From an uncultured Planctomycetaceae bacterium (GTDB lineage Bacteria > Planctomycetota > Planctomycetia > Planctomycetales > Planctomycetaceae): a stretch of 64,000 nt of DNA. Below are positions 43,052 to 54,064 of this stretch, in pieces. Below the pieces are notes generated by a model. It ran no database searches, was not told where the DNA came from, and worked only from the letters and a program-made list of their open reading frames with translations. A program made the position numbers and the translations under genes. Location: positions 288,001 to 352,000 of the forward strand of contig CAWFAK010000016.1 of assembly GCA_963813715.1 (NCBI GenBank), written 5' to 3'. Numbering within the stretch: position 1 is the stretch's first letter; the number at the start of each line of letters is the position of its first letter.

Positions 43052-43640
43052 TCAGGTCGACTGCGGCGATCCCGCGCGCCGCGTCAGCACGGTGCGGGCA
43101 CAATCGAGATAGTGCTCCAAGGGCGGCGTCGGTAACTGGGGGACTTTTGCTTGCTCGTCCCAGCGGCGGAGCTTGATCGCCGCGACGAAGGACGGATGTT
43201 CCTCGAACTTGCGCGTCTGCGCGGTGGTGAACGGACCGCCTTGCAGCGAGAGGCTGAGCCGCGACGCGTCGGAGAGTTGGGCGAAATACTGTTCGTCGAC
43301 GGCGCAGAGGTACCGCTTAGCCGCCACGTGCAGCCGCACCGGCTCGACGACGTCGGCGCCAAAATGCTGCGACAGCCACTCGGCTCCGAGCGCCTCGTGC
43401 TTGTCGTCGATGCCCTCTTCGGCGCAGTCCTCGTCCAGATCGTGCAGCAGGTGGCCCACGTCATGCAGGAAGGCGGCCGTGACCAGCGCGGCGTCGGCCC
43501 CGTTCTCTTCGGCGAGGAGCGCGGCCTGCAATGCGTGCTCGGTTTGCGTGATCGGCTCGCCGGCGTACATTTCCCGGCCGCGCCGCGAAGAGACCGGAAA
43601 TTTCGTGAAGGAGAACTTCCGTCGGCGTGTCGGCGGTCAT
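43052..43640 (-). CDS. phnZ: Phosphonate-degradation HD-domain oxygenase, apparent frameshift ~43575
   Basis: YAGEPITQTEHALQAA, LHDVGH, HE, HVAAKRYL, SLSLQGGP, RRWDEQAK. Confidence 0.88.
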
Positions 43641-44986
43641 GGTGGCGACTCTCGGTCGGTGGCGGGGAAGTCGTCGGTGGTGGCCGGTGAACGTCCGCGC
43701 TCGCTGAGGATCAAGTATGTCACGGCGAAAATGAGGGTCAAGCCGCAGGCGACGGCCAGAGTACTGAAGACGCCGTACCATTCAAACTTCTTGGCGATCC
43801 GCGCCACGCCATAACCCGAGGCGATGCCGCCCAAGTAGCCGGCGCCATCGAGCAGGCCGGCGGCCGTCGAGCTGCCGCGCTTGCCGCCCAGATCGAGGGC
43901 CATCACGCCCGTCAGATAAGTGTAGGGCCCGATCAAGAAGAAGGCGTTGACGGCGATCAGGCCCATCGCGAGCCACGGTTTGCCGCCGACATCGATCACG
44001 CCCATCGCGTAAAGCGAACCGGTGGCCAACACAAGCGACGGCACGACAACGCGTCCGTGTCGTCCGTGCAGCCGATCCGACAGCAAGCCGGCGACGATCG
44101 ACGAAACGCCCCCCGCGAGCGGAAACACCAGGCTGGCAATTCCCGCTTGCCCCGCACCCAGGCCGGCCACGTTTTTCAAAAAGGTCGGGCTCCATGTAAG
44201 AAACGCCTCGCGGATCAGGGTCAGCCCGAAGTTAATCCCGCAAATCGTCCAGAACAGGGGGCTCTCGAGCAGCGGCAGGAGCAGGGCGGCCAGCGGAACG
44301 GGGCCTGCCGTCTGTCCCGCTTCGCCAAACACGTTGTTCGGATTGGCGGCCGGCTCCTCCAGGCCCAGATCGCGTGGGCTGTCTCGCAGCACGACCGCGG
44401 TCAGGACGGCGATGACGGTGAGCGTGCCGGCCGCGATCAAAAAGACGGCCCGCCAATCGTTGAGGTGGGCGAGCGCCGTGCCCGGCGAGTGTTCGCCCAG
44501 CCAGACGACGCCGCCCAAGTAGAGGCGAATGAGAGCGTCGCCGAAGAGGAAGCTGAGCGACAGGATGCCCATCACCGTCGCCTGGCCGTTGAGCGGATAC
44601 CAGCGCGACGCCGTTTTCACGAGGGCCGGCCAACCCATCGACTGAAAGAATCGGCTCACCCCCCAGATCAGGACCAACAGCGTAAAAATGCTGCTCAAGC
44701 CGAAGGCGAGCGTGCAGCCGATCGTCGCCACCATGCCGACGAGAAACATGCGGCGGCCGCCGAGGTAGTCGACGACCACGCCGTTGATCACTTTTCCCAG
44801 CGCGTAGGCGGCCACGCCGACGCTGCTGATGATGCCGATCTGTTCCAGCTCGAGGCCGTGCGACGCGTCGACCATCAACGGCGTGGCGATCGACAGGCAC
44901 GTGCGTCCGAGGTAATAGCCCGCGTAGCCGACAAACAGGCTGGCGGCCGTGATCTCCTGCCAGCGACGCAGCCGCAACTCGGACAT
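43637..44986 (-). CDS. MFS transporter, GlpT/UhpT (OPA)-like
   Basis: GYAGYYLGR, YALGK, FQSMGWP, RDSPRDLGL, GLLSDRL; ATGA overlap with phnZ. Confidence 0.88.
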   Translation of the reverse strand: MSELRLRRWQEITAASLFVGYAGYYLGRTCLSIATPLMVDASHGLELEQIGIISSVGVAAYALGKVINGVVVDYLGGRRMFLVGMVATIGCTLAFGLSSIFTLLVLIWGVSRFFQSMGWPALVKTASRWYPLNGQATVMGILSLSFLFGDALIRLYLGGVVWLGEHSPGTALAHLNDWRAVFLIAAGTLTVIAVLTAVVLRDSPRDLGLEEPAANPNNVFGEAGQTAGPVPLAALLLPLLESPLFWTICGINFGLTLIREAFLTWSPTFLKNVAGLGAGQAGIASLVFPLAGGVSSIVAGLLSDRLHGRHGRVVVPSLVLATGSLYAMGVIDVGGKPWLAMGLIAVNAFFLIGPYTYLTGVMALDLGGKRGSSTAAGLLDGAGYLGGIASGYGVARIAKKFEWYGVFSTLAVACGLTLIFAVTYLILSERGRSPATTDDFPATDRESPP

Positions 44987-45169
44987 CGGCGGTGAATTCT
45001 TCGAACCAGGCGGACGACAGGAACGACCCGAGCGACGGAGCGACTATAACACGGGCGTGCCGTGCACCGCTTCGAGGTCGTTCCTAATAGACGTTCGCCG
45101 TGTGAAGAATTCGTGAACTGTCGCCGCGAATGCGAGGCCGCTGGCCTGAGACCCTAACGGCAACACCGT

Positions 45170-45212
45170 CCGGACTGGCTGCCGGGCGCACATGCCCGAC
45201 AGCCAAGTCCGG
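45170..45212. repeat. Long imperfect inverted repeat (terminator or REP-like)
   Basis: CCGGACTGGCTGCCGGGC-N6-GCCCGACAGCCAAGTCCGG downstream of the DUF1559 gene. Confidence 0.6.
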
Positions 45213-45254
45213 CGGCGGACAGTCGGCTTTGAAATCAGCAGACCGCTCGAGCGG

Positions 45255-47035
45255 TTAGTTGTCGGGCCAGATGATCGGCTCGCGGCCGTCGCGCGTCAGC
45301 ATCGCGCGGAGCAGGACCGACGTAAATTTGGGCCCGAAGACGTGCGCTGCTCCGTCGGCGGTCGCACACGCGAAGCCGTCTTTGCGGTCGCCAAACAGCA
45401 CCGCTTTGGCGTCGACATTGTCGACATTGAGGTCTTCCGGCTTGGTCCAGGGGACGGCGTTTTTCCTGTCGGCGTCGACAATGAAGATCGTCATCGACGT
45501 GCCGTCGGGAATGTCCTTGATCGCGACCCCCTCCTTCTCGCCGAAGATCGTCCCTTTGCCGACGGGGACGAGAATCGTCGTCTTCCCCTCGGCCCGCAGT
45601 TGGGCGCTTGCCGGCTGATACGGCTCGGGGATCCGTTCAATGAGCCGCTTGTTGTGCGGGCTGTCCCACGGTTCGTTCAAATGGAATTCGTGATAGAGCT
45701 TCTGCTGATCGATCAAGGGCAGGATCGCGACGCGCAACTCAACAGAGGACGGCCTTCCGCGTCACGAATGGCCTGCGCCGGAAAGTGACTGTTGACGTCG
45801 TGATAGTTGTGCATCGCCAGAGCCAGTTCCTTGAGGTGATTCTTGACGGCAACGGCTTCCGATCGGTTGGCGATGCTGACGGCCGCTTGCCCGAGCAGCG
45901 TTCCCGCCGTCGACGCCATGAGCTGCTTGAGGTCGACTTGCACCGTGAGCTGGCTCCCCTCGACCTTGGGCGCCAACAAGTGCGAAACCTGCTCGAGAAT
46001 GGCGGCCACCGTCTTCGCATTCGGCGTCTTGTCGGCCGTGACTTGTTCAATCAGCACTTGCCACGCGCCAGAGAGCCAAACTCCCAGTGCCTGTGCCGAC
46101 GCCGCATCCTTGGAACCGATGGTCACTTTCAATCCCAGTGGATCCTGCGTCACCAGTCCGGCAGCGATCCATTGCAGACCATCGCCCAACGCCAACCGGC
46201 CCAGGTCGCCGGGGTGACGCGCCAACTCGGGAGGGACACTGCCCGCGGGCAAATGCTCGATCACTTTGCGCTCGGCCGCGGGATCGCGGAGGAATTCGCT
46301 TAGCACCCGTCGCTGGTCGTCGGTCGGCAAGAGGAAGGCTTGAATCTCCCGCCCGGCAACCGCCTCGAATGCGGCCTGCGGAATCGTGCGCACGGGTCCG
46401 TGGAAATTGGTGAGCCGTTCGATCGTGCGTTTCGAGCCGAAGATCAAGCTGCCGTCGCACTCGAGCGAGGCATCGGCGACGAAAAGGAAATTAAACCCGG
46501 GTCGCCCCGCGAGCTTGTCCGCCACGAACAGCTTTTCCAGGACCTGGCGGTTCGCCCCTTCATGCAGCGGAACGACCACGAACGCGCTATTGGCGAGATC
46601 GTCGGCGAGCGACAAGACGACCCACAGGTCGCGTCCGCCCGCGCCGCGGAAATATTTCACCCATTCGACGATGTCCTTCTTGTGGACCGCCAGGTCCTCT
46701 CGGTCTCGCTCAGTCAACATTGGCAGCGCTGCGATTTGCGCGATCGCCCCCTCGAGGTCCACCCGGGTTGTGTCGACGGAGAGCAAACCGCAGGCCTGGT
46801 CGTCGAAGAGCGACATGACCGCGGCGGGCACGTTCGGCTCGGCTGCCTGAGCGTTCGCCGTCGCGAAGCCCGATACGCAGCAGCCGATGGCCAGCAGCGT
46901 CGTCCACGCGGCTCGCGTGTATATTCGGCGACCGACAACACGGGGGCGGCGGACGGGTGGCGCTGACATCGTGGGCATGCTCCGACTCCGAAAAGGCGTA
47001 CGGGCGTTCGTATGGTGGTTGATGCGTGCTGTCAT
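45255..47035 (-). CDS. DUF1559-domain exported protein, apparent frameshift ~45738; start uncertain
   Basis: NHLKELALAMHNYHD...FP, PLLS(W)RVAILP, EPWDSPHNK, IPDGTSMT, VPWTKPED, ADG. Confidence 0.85.
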
Positions 47036-48579
47036 CGGCCGCTCCCTGCGCTCTTCGACTGACGATCGTGGGCGATACTGATCTCGAAGACGAAGTCGGT
47101 CTGCTGCAGCGGTTCGGGCGCTCGGCTGCCGCGGCGAACTTCCAGGACAGCCGTGTCGCCATGGACCGTGTAGAGGAAGGGCTTGGCGGTCCGCGGATCG
47201 TCGGGGACAGGCACAATCGTGATGTCGGTCAACGATTGCGGCAGTTTGCCGCCATTCTTGGCCGCCAGCATGCGAATGGCTTCGATCACGCGGTCGGCCG
47301 CAGTCGACGTCTCGCGACGGATCGTCGCCTCGCTGACCGAACGAATGGCCGGGAGCAGGATCGCAACCACCGGCAAGATTTCGCGGCCGCTGAACGCCGG
47401 GCCGAGGTAGCCGGCTTGGCGTAGAGCGTTTTCCGACGCCTGCTGCCACCGCGCGCCTGCCGGATACGGAATCAGCGTCACTTTCCGCGTTTCATCGCAG
47501 GCGTAGCGGCAAATGCGGGCCTCATCGATGGCGATGACCTGACCGACGGGCATCTCTTCGACCTCTGCGGCAGGGAAGCCCGCAGCGATCAACTCCCGCT
47601 TAGCCCGCGTGTAACCGCGCAGAGCCTGCCCAGTCGCGACGAGCCGGTCCCCCCAATTCCCGGACACGGGGAGTAGGTTGTCCGAGGCAAGGCGGGTGAG
47701 CGTGCCATAGGCCTCGGTCACCTGGTCGGCCCATTGGAGCGCGGAATGTTCGGCGTGCTCCGGATCCTTCAGGAACGGGAAAACTCGCGCCGGATAGGTC
47801 ATTTCGAATTCGACCGCCAGGCGCGTTTCGGTCAACGGCTGGGGCAACTCGGTCAGCGCCCAGTACAGGTTGGGCGAGTGCGGCGCCGAGATGAAGGCGT
47901 GCACCTGTTCGTCCATCGTGCTGTTGATGGCCATGCCGACCAGGCTGGTGATGAGGACCTGCGTTTTGCCGAAGTCGTGAGCCAGCTGGTAGCCCATTCT
48001 CAGCGTGTCGACGGCATCGTCGTAGCGGCCGTCGGCGATTTCGAGACGGGCCTTGACTGCCAACCAGCGTGCCAGGCCGCGCGAGCGCTGCACTTCGTCC
48101 AAGAGAAATTCAAAGCTCTTGACTCCCGAGACACCCTCGAGACGCCAGTCCCAATTGCACTCCTCGCGACTTGTCGCTTCACGCAATTCGTCGAAGGCGC
48201 GAAATCCGGCCAGTGCTTTGCGAACGGCGTCTCGCGGAAACGTTGCCAGCGGGGCGGACATCCACTCCTGAATTTTGTTATCCATTCCCCCCTGATTGGC
48301 GGCTTGAGAAGTCGCGTAGGCGAGGATGGCCCGATAATAAAACGGCACTGCGTTTCCCGGTTTGCGCTCGCTGGCCGGCACCAAGAGTGTGTACTTGAAC
48401 GCCGGCTGCGGCTCGGCCGCCGGATCGACGTTCAATTGCACCACGGTCGCCTTCCCATTGTGAGAGGCATCGCCGGGGGGCGCGGCATCGAGCGTGGCTC
48501 GCGGCGCGGACGCGGCACTCGCGACGACTGCAAGTGTCGCCAGCGAGCCGAGCAGGGCGGATCTAGGGCGTCGAAACAT
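47032..48579 (-). CDS. Exported helical hypothetical protein with pilin-like C-terminal motif
   Basis: Signal peptide; GNAVPFYYRA, EAIRM...GKLPQSL...DP.T.KPFLY. Confidence 0.75.
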   Translation of the reverse strand: MFRRPRSALLGSLATLAVVASAASAPRATLDAAPPGDASHNGKATVVQLNVDPAAEPQPAFKYTLLVPASERKPGNAVPFYYRAILAYATSQAANQGGMDNKIQEWMSAPLATFPRDAVRKALAGFRAFDELREATSREECNWDWRLEGVSGVKSFEFLLDEVQRSRGLARWLAVKARLEIADGRYDDAVDTLRMGYQLAHDFGKTQVLITSLVGMAINSTMDEQVHAFISAPHSPNLYWALTELPQPLTETRLAVEFEMTYPARVFPFLKDPEHAEHSALQWADQVTEAYGTLTRLASDNLLPVSGNWGDRLVATGQALRGYTRAKRELIAAGFPAAEVEEMPVGQVIAIDEARICRYACDETRKVTLIPYPAGARWQQASENALRQAGYLGPAFSGREILPVVAILLPAIRSVSEATIRRETSTAADRVIEAIRMLAAKNGGKLPQSLTDITIVPVPDDPRTAKPFLYTVHGDTAVLEVRRGSRAPEPLQQTDFVFEISIAHDRQSKSAGSGR

Positions 48580-48599
48580 GGATCGTCCTTTCGAGGAAA

Positions 48600-49236
48600 T
48601 CATCCAGCCGAGTGTGTTGAGGTTTTGACTGCGGTGCGGTCCTGCAAGAAGGCGCGAAGCAGCTCGCGCTGCGTGCGCGGCTCATCCCGGATCGAATCCA
48701 GTGATTGCGCCCGAATCGGAGCCGGCTCGGGCAATGCGTCGACCCCATACGCGAGCACGTACGAGCGCAAACGGGGATAATTGGTCCCCGACGCCAGCTC
48801 ACGCGCGGCTTCGTCTCGCGACGGCGGCGCCAGCGCCAGCTCTTGGTCCTGCGTGGCTGTGGAACTGGCTGGCTGAGTCTCGCCGGCCGACGAGGGCTCG
48901 GCAGTCGCAACGCTGACCCCCGGCGTCACTTGTGTGGCCTTCGCGGTTCGCATGTCGACCGGGGCAGCGGCCGGCTGAGGTCGCGTCACCAGAATCACTG
49001 ACAGCACGGCCGCGGCGACGCTGCTCAGGAGCGTGGCTGCCGGCCACATCCATTGCCGGAACTGGGCCCCCCGGCCGAACGGTTTCGACCGAAGCGCGCC
49101 CGGCCAGGAACAGGAAAGAATCGCGATCGATGCTGCTGGCCGACGGCTTGAGCAGCGCCAAGGCCCGCTCCAGCTCGCTGCGATCTTCGATCTCTTCGCC
49201 GCTTATCTCTTGGTGGCTGCTGTTTTCGTCAACCAT
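48600..49236 (-). CDS. Putative single-TM anti-sigma factor, apparent frameshift ~49055
   Basis: ELERALALLKP...DRDSFLFLAG, then TM; overlaps ECF sigma 3' end. Confidence 0.65.
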
Positions 49237-49712
49237 GTGACACCCAAACTCTTTCGCAGAACGGCGAGGGCCGCCTCGTAACGGCGGTGGGCTTCACTCG
49301 ATGAGATGTCCGCAAACTCCGCGATCTCCTCGAACGTCAAACCGCCCCAAATTCGCGCAACGACCACTTCTCGTTTTTCGTCCGGAAGCGCCTCCAGCGC
49401 CCGGGCGGCCAGCTCGGCGTCGAGCGGGTTCTCGCCGTCGGCTTCGAGCCGCAACCGCGACAGTCCGATCGCCGTTTGCTCGTTGTGCTGCCGGCGGGCA
49501 TCGCGTCGAGCCGCGGAGATCGCCCCGTTCCGCACGACCCGATAGAGCCAGGCCGCCGGTCGGTCGGGCACCCGCCCTTGCCGCACGAGCTTTAAGAACG
49601 CTTCTTGGACGACGTCGGCCGGCGCCGGGATCCATTGGGCCGCGAACAGTTCGAGGGCCGCCGCGTGGCGGTCGAACAGTCGCGCGATCAGTTCCGGCGA
49701 GATTCGGCTCAT
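49203..49712 (-). CDS. ECF RNA polymerase sigma factor
   Basis: DVVQEAF, AWLYRVVRN, REVVVARIWGGLTFEEIA. Confidence 0.92.
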   Translation of the reverse strand: MSRISPELIARLFDRHAAALELFAAQWIPAPADVVQEAFLKLVRQGRVPDRPAAWLYRVVRNGAISAARRDARRQHNEQTAIGLSRLRLEADGENPLDAELAARALEALPDEKREVVVARIWGGLTFEEIAEFADISSSEAHRRYEAALAVLRKSLGVTWLTKTAATKR

Positions 49713-50114
49713 CCCACGGAGCGTTTCAAGGTGGTCATTCAGGGGATATGACGCCGCCGAGAGAGTTTCATCCCGGCAAAAGCGTCAAAAAAATGGCAAG
49801 AAGTATGAGGAGAAGACGGGACACCCGGCCCGATTCGTCCTGCAAACCGGCATCGAAAGCGAAACTGGCCGACGTAACGACGGCTGCCACCGCAACGGCA
49901 TCAGGCCGAATCGCGAAAGTGGACGCGCGTCCTGCGAACGGTCGAAAACGGTGGCCCGCACGCCGTTCCGAGCGTAAATCCAGGCCATTTCTGAATTTTA
50001 ATGAGCACAATTGACGACGACGCAAGGCCGATTGGCAGGCCGAATTAACCGGAAGTCTGAAGATTGGCCAAGCCGTCCCGAGACACTACACGGCCCAATC
50101 GCCGCGTCTTCTTA

Positions 50115-50144
50115 TTGACCCCTGTGGCGTTCCCGTCGTATAAA
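50115..50144 (+). promoter_or_regulatory. Putative sigma70 promoter
   Basis: TTGACC-N18-TATAAA upstream of the large surface protein. Confidence 0.45.
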
Positions 50145-50257
50145 CCGCCTCCCTCTCGCCAGTCCTCTCTCCACATCTCCGTTCAATCACTCCCTCCGTC
50201 CTCACCGCCGGTTCGCCTTCCTGATTCGGCGGCGCACTCCCCACGCAGGTCCAACCT

Positions 50258-53200
50258 ATGCTCGCACCAACTCCGCGAGAGTTCGACCGTTTCGTTCCGC
50301 GCGCCCTGGCCAAACGACGGAACGTCGGCCGGGCCGCGTTGGCGATCGCCCTGATTCTTGGACTGCTCGTCTGGATGTGCGGGGTCGTCCGCGCCGGCGA
50401 CGACGATGACGACGAAGTAGACGACGCTCCCGTCAAGAAGCCGCCGATTCGCAAGACGTCCGACGACGATGACGAGGGCGATTCGACTGGTAAGAAGCTG
50501 TCGAGCGTGTCGTCGCCTCTCAACACCGGGGCGCCGAACGACGGCCTGGGGGTCGACTTCATCGGCGGATTTTCCTACGGCCAGGGCGTCGTCCAGGACC
50601 GGCCCCTCGCGCCGATCGAGGCATTTCCTTCGTTCCTGCTCAACGACTCGCTCTATTTCGGCGACTTGCGGTTTTACCCGACGATCGACGGCACCTTCGG
50701 CGGCAGCGCCGGCGCCGGCTACCGATACTTCAGCCGCGGGCTCGACCGCATCTTCGGCGTCAGCGTGTGGTACGACGGCGATGGCACGCGCGACGAGTAC
50801 TTCCAGCAAGTCGGCCTGAGCCTGGAAACTTACGGCCTGATCGATTTTCGCACCAACTTGTATTTCCCCGTCGGCCAGACGACCCAGCAAAGCGGGACAT
50901 CGATCATCAACGGGTCGCAACGATTCGTCGGCCAGAACCTGGCCTTCGACACGCTGACCACGTACCTGGCAGCCATGCGGGGCCTCGATTTTGAAGCGGG
51001 CGTCGGCCTGCCCGGCCGCTTTTCCCAGGACCACGGCATTCGGGCCTATCTCGGCGGCTATTACTACGACGACGATGACGGCGACCACATCCTGGGCATC
51101 TCGGGCCGCGTGCAGGCCAACATCTGGTCGGGGCTCGACGCGTCGGTCCAAGTCACCAACGACAACTACTTCAACACGCGGGCCTTCGTGAACGTTTCGT
51201 GGACCTTCGGCCCGCTGCACCGCTCCGAGCTTTCGCAGGCGACGACGGAAGGCCGCCTGGGCGAACACATCACCCGTAACTACACGGTGCTGGCAACCTC
51301 GCACAGCGACATCGTCGACCCCATTGCCATCAATCCGACCACGCATACGCCCTACGTCATCGCCCACGTCGACAGCAACGCGGCTCCCGGCGGCGACGGT
51401 AGCGTGAATGCCCCCTATCAGACGATTGCCGCGGCCCAGGCCAGCGGCGCCGCGGTCGTCTTTGTCCACGCGGGCAGCGTCTTTAACGGCAGCAACACCG
51501 TCGCCATGAACTCCGGCGAGTTTCTCTTCGGCGACGGCACGGGCGAACGCAATCTCCTGCCTATCTCATCCTACGGACAAATCCTCTTGCCGCATGGCCC
51601 CACGACCGGCGCTCTGCCCGTGCTCAATGGGTCCAACGGCACGGCCATCACGTTGGCGAGCAACTCGGTCCTGTCGGGCTTCACGATCACCAATCCGACC
51701 GGCGCAGGCGTCGTCGCCAACGGCGTCGGGGGCATCACCATCAAGGACGTGACCGTCAACGGAGCCGGTTCGGACGGCATTCAAATCGTCAACGCCAGCG
51801 GCAACTCGCTGCTCACCAACGTCAACGTGATCGGGTCGGTCGGGAACGGTCTCATGATCAGCGGCGGCGACTCGAACGTGCAGTTCAGCGGCAGCCTGAT
51901 GGGCAACCAGCTCCACGATCTGGCCATCGAGAACATCGGCACCAACAGCGTGATGAACATGGCCAACGCGCAATTCCCCAGCTCCGGCAGCCAGGGCATC
52001 TTGCTGTTGAACAACGCCGGCACTGTCAACTTCAGCGGCCTTTCGGTCGGCAACACCACCTCCAACGCCATCGACATCGAAGGCGAAACGGGCACTGTCA
52101 ACTTCACCGGCCTGACCACCGTTTCGGGCGGCGGGGCGGCCTCGATCCTGATCAACGGCCTCGCCTCCACGGGCGTCGTCAACTTCGGCACCATCGACAT
52201 CAACAACCGGCATGACGAAGGCTTCGTCGTCAACAACTCGGCCGGCAATGTCTACGTCAACGGCCAGACGACGATCACCAACGAAGGCGGCACCGGCGCC
52301 TCGGCCATCGACGTCAAGAACTCGACGGGCTTCGTCGACTTCATCGGCAAGGTCAACGTCGTTAGCTCCACGGTCAATCCGGGCGTGACGCTGACCAACG
52401 ACACCGGCACCACCAGCTTCACGGTGCTCGACGTGTCGAGCATCAACGGCACCGCGCTCTACGCCAATAACGGCGGTACCCTTGTGATCAACGGTGCCCA
52501 GGTGGCGGCGGCCGGTGGCACGATCACCGCCACGAACGGCGCGGCCCTGGACATCGAAAACACCACCATGAACATCTCGCTCTTCAGCGTGTCCAGCAGC
52601 AACGCTGCCTTCGGTATCAAGTTGCTCAACGCGCCGGGCCAGATTGCCATCTACGGCGACAGCAATGAGACGGCGGGCGCGGGCGGCACAATCGTGGGAG
52701 ACACGATCGGCGTCCAGCTGCAGAACGCAGGCACCGTCGGCTTGCTCTCGATGAACCTGACCAACAACGGCACCGGCGTCCAGTCGCAGGACACGACCTA
52801 CCTCGCGCTGACCAACTGCAACGTCACCAACTCCTCGTCGTTCGGCCTCAACGCACTCGACACGAAAACCGTCGTGGTCCTGAGCTCGACCTTCTCCGGC
52901 AACGGCGGTCCGAACGTCGCCACCCAGGTCGATACCACCGGCTCCTACGCGTTTAGCTTCCTGGCCAACAAGTTCACCTCGACGACGTCCGACAACGTCC
53001 AGGTGACGACGCTCTCCGGCGGGCAAGGCGCCACGGTTAACCTGGTCGTCCAGGGCAACACCTTCGAGAACGAGTCGGTCGGCACGGCCGGCGTGAACGT
53101 CAACTGGAACGGCACGCTCTCGGCCACCGTCACCCAGAACTCGTTCCTGGCCACAGGCGGCACCAACACCGGCGTCAAGATCGCCAACGGGGCGACGACC

Positions 53201-53683
53201 GATCTCTCCACCATCGCCTATACAAACAACCTGTTCACCAGCGAAGGCGGCAGCGATACGGCCCTCAACCTGGTGCTGGCGGGAACCGGGCAGGTCAACG
53301 TGGCCACCAACGGCGTGCAGTTCGGCGCCGAGAGCGGCACGGCGTTCCACTTCTCGATCGGATCCGCCTCCACGGTCAACATCACCGGCAACACCATCGT
53401 CGACACGTCCGACGGCGCCACCGGCATTTTGTTCGACACGATCGCCGCGTCCAGCAACCTGGCCCTCTCGGGCAACACCATCCAGCTGTCGCAAAACGGT
53501 GCTGAGCTGACCAGCGGCGTGATCATCTCGAACGTGACCGGCACCTCCAACGGCAGCCAATCGTTCTTCCTCGACCTGTCCAGCGCGTCGAACAACACGA
53601 TCAGTGGAGCCAACACGACCTTCTTCGCCCCGACGGGCACGACCGCCGGCGAACTGCTGATCAACGGCAGCCCGATGCCGTAA
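50258..53683 (+). CDS. Inverse-autotransporter-like beta-barrel + right-handed beta-helix surface protein
   Basis: GAGYRYF...IFGVSVWYD...FQQVGLSLE...RTNLYFP...GLDFEAG; GDGSVNAPYQTIAAA; long G/N/T/S-rich beta-helix repeats. Confidence 0.8.
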   Translation: MLAPTPREFDRFVPRALAKRRNVGRAALAIALILGLLVWMCGVVRAGDDDDDEVDDAPVKKPPIRKTSDDDDEGDSTGKKLSSVSSPLNTGAPNDGLGVDFIGGFSYGQGVVQDRPLAPIEAFPSFLLNDSLYFGDLRFYPTIDGTFGGSAGAGYRYFSRGLDRIFGVSVWYDGDGTRDEYFQQVGLSLETYGLIDFRTNLYFPVGQTTQQSGTSIINGSQRFVGQNLAFDTLTTYLAAMRGLDFEAGVGLPGRFSQDHGIRAYLGGYYYDDDDGDHILGISGRVQANIWSGLDASVQVTNDNYFNTRAFVNVSWTFGPLHRSELSQATTEGRLGEHITRNYTVLATSHSDIVDPIAINPTTHTPYVIAHVDSNAAPGGDGSVNAPYQTIAAAQASGAAVVFVHAGSVFNGSNTVAMNSGEFLFGDGTGERNLLPISSYGQILLPHGPTTGALPVLNGSNGTAITLASNSVLSGFTITNPTGAGVVANGVGGITIKDVTVNGAGSDGIQIVNASGNSLLTNVNVIGSVGNGLMISGGDSNVQFSGSLMGNQLHDLAIENIGTNSVMNMANAQFPSSGSQGILLLNNAGTVNFSGLSVGNTTSNAIDIEGETGTVNFTGLTTVSGGGAASILINGLASTGVVNFGTIDINNRHDEGFVVNNSAGNVYVNGQTTITNEGGTGASAIDVKNSTGFVDFIGKVNVVSSTVNPGVTLTNDTGTTSFTVLDVSSINGTALYANNGGTLVINGAQVAAAGGTITATNGAALDIENTTMNISLFSVSSSNAAFGIKLLNAPGQIAIYGDSNETAGAGGTIVGDTIGVQLQNAGTVGLLSMNLTNNGTGVQSQDTTYLALTNCNVTNSSSFGLNALDTKTVVVLSSTFSGNGGPNVATQVDTTGSYAFSFLANKFTSTTSDNVQVTTLSGGQGATVNLVVQGNTFENESVGTAGVNVNWNGTLSATVTQNSFLATGGTNTGVKIANGATTDLSTIAYTNNLFTSEGGSDTALNLVLAGTGQVNVATNGVQFGAESGTAFHFSIGSASTVNITGNTIVDTSDGATGILFDTIAASSNLALSGNTIQLSQNGAELTSGVIISNVTGTSNGSQSFFLDLSSASNNTISGANTTFFAPTGTTAGELLINGSPMP

Positions 53684-53812
53684 GCGGGCGGTCGGCGAAT
53701 GAGGGAACTGAGCGCGGGTGGACGGAGTCGCGGGGATGACGATCGCCCGGCCGCGACGAACGGCTCGAGCGCAATGATCCTGTCCGGCGGTTTGTCGTGT
53801 GATCCTGCACCA

Positions 53813-53870
53813 CCCTCGCTGACGCTTCGGGTAGTAGACGCAACTCACCAACCCGAAGCGTGAGCGAGGG
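53813..53870. repeat. REP doublet (inverted pair)
   Basis: CCCTCGCTGACGCTTCGGGT ... ACCCGAAGCGTGAGCGAGGG, 19/20 complementary. Confidence 0.85.
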
Positions 53871-54064
53871 CTCTTCGAATCGCAGCGAATTCTCGGACGG
53901 CTTCAGCGGAAAGTTGGCCGTCGACTGCCTGGCCACGGGGACCACTTCAAGCGGTGCCGACTCACGGCTCGCGCCTCGCCGTCACTGCGAAGTGAGCGCA
54001 GCAGGCGCCAGCAGAAGGCCGGTCACGCTGGGGCGGAACGGAACAGCGGGTGCCGGCCCTGGCT

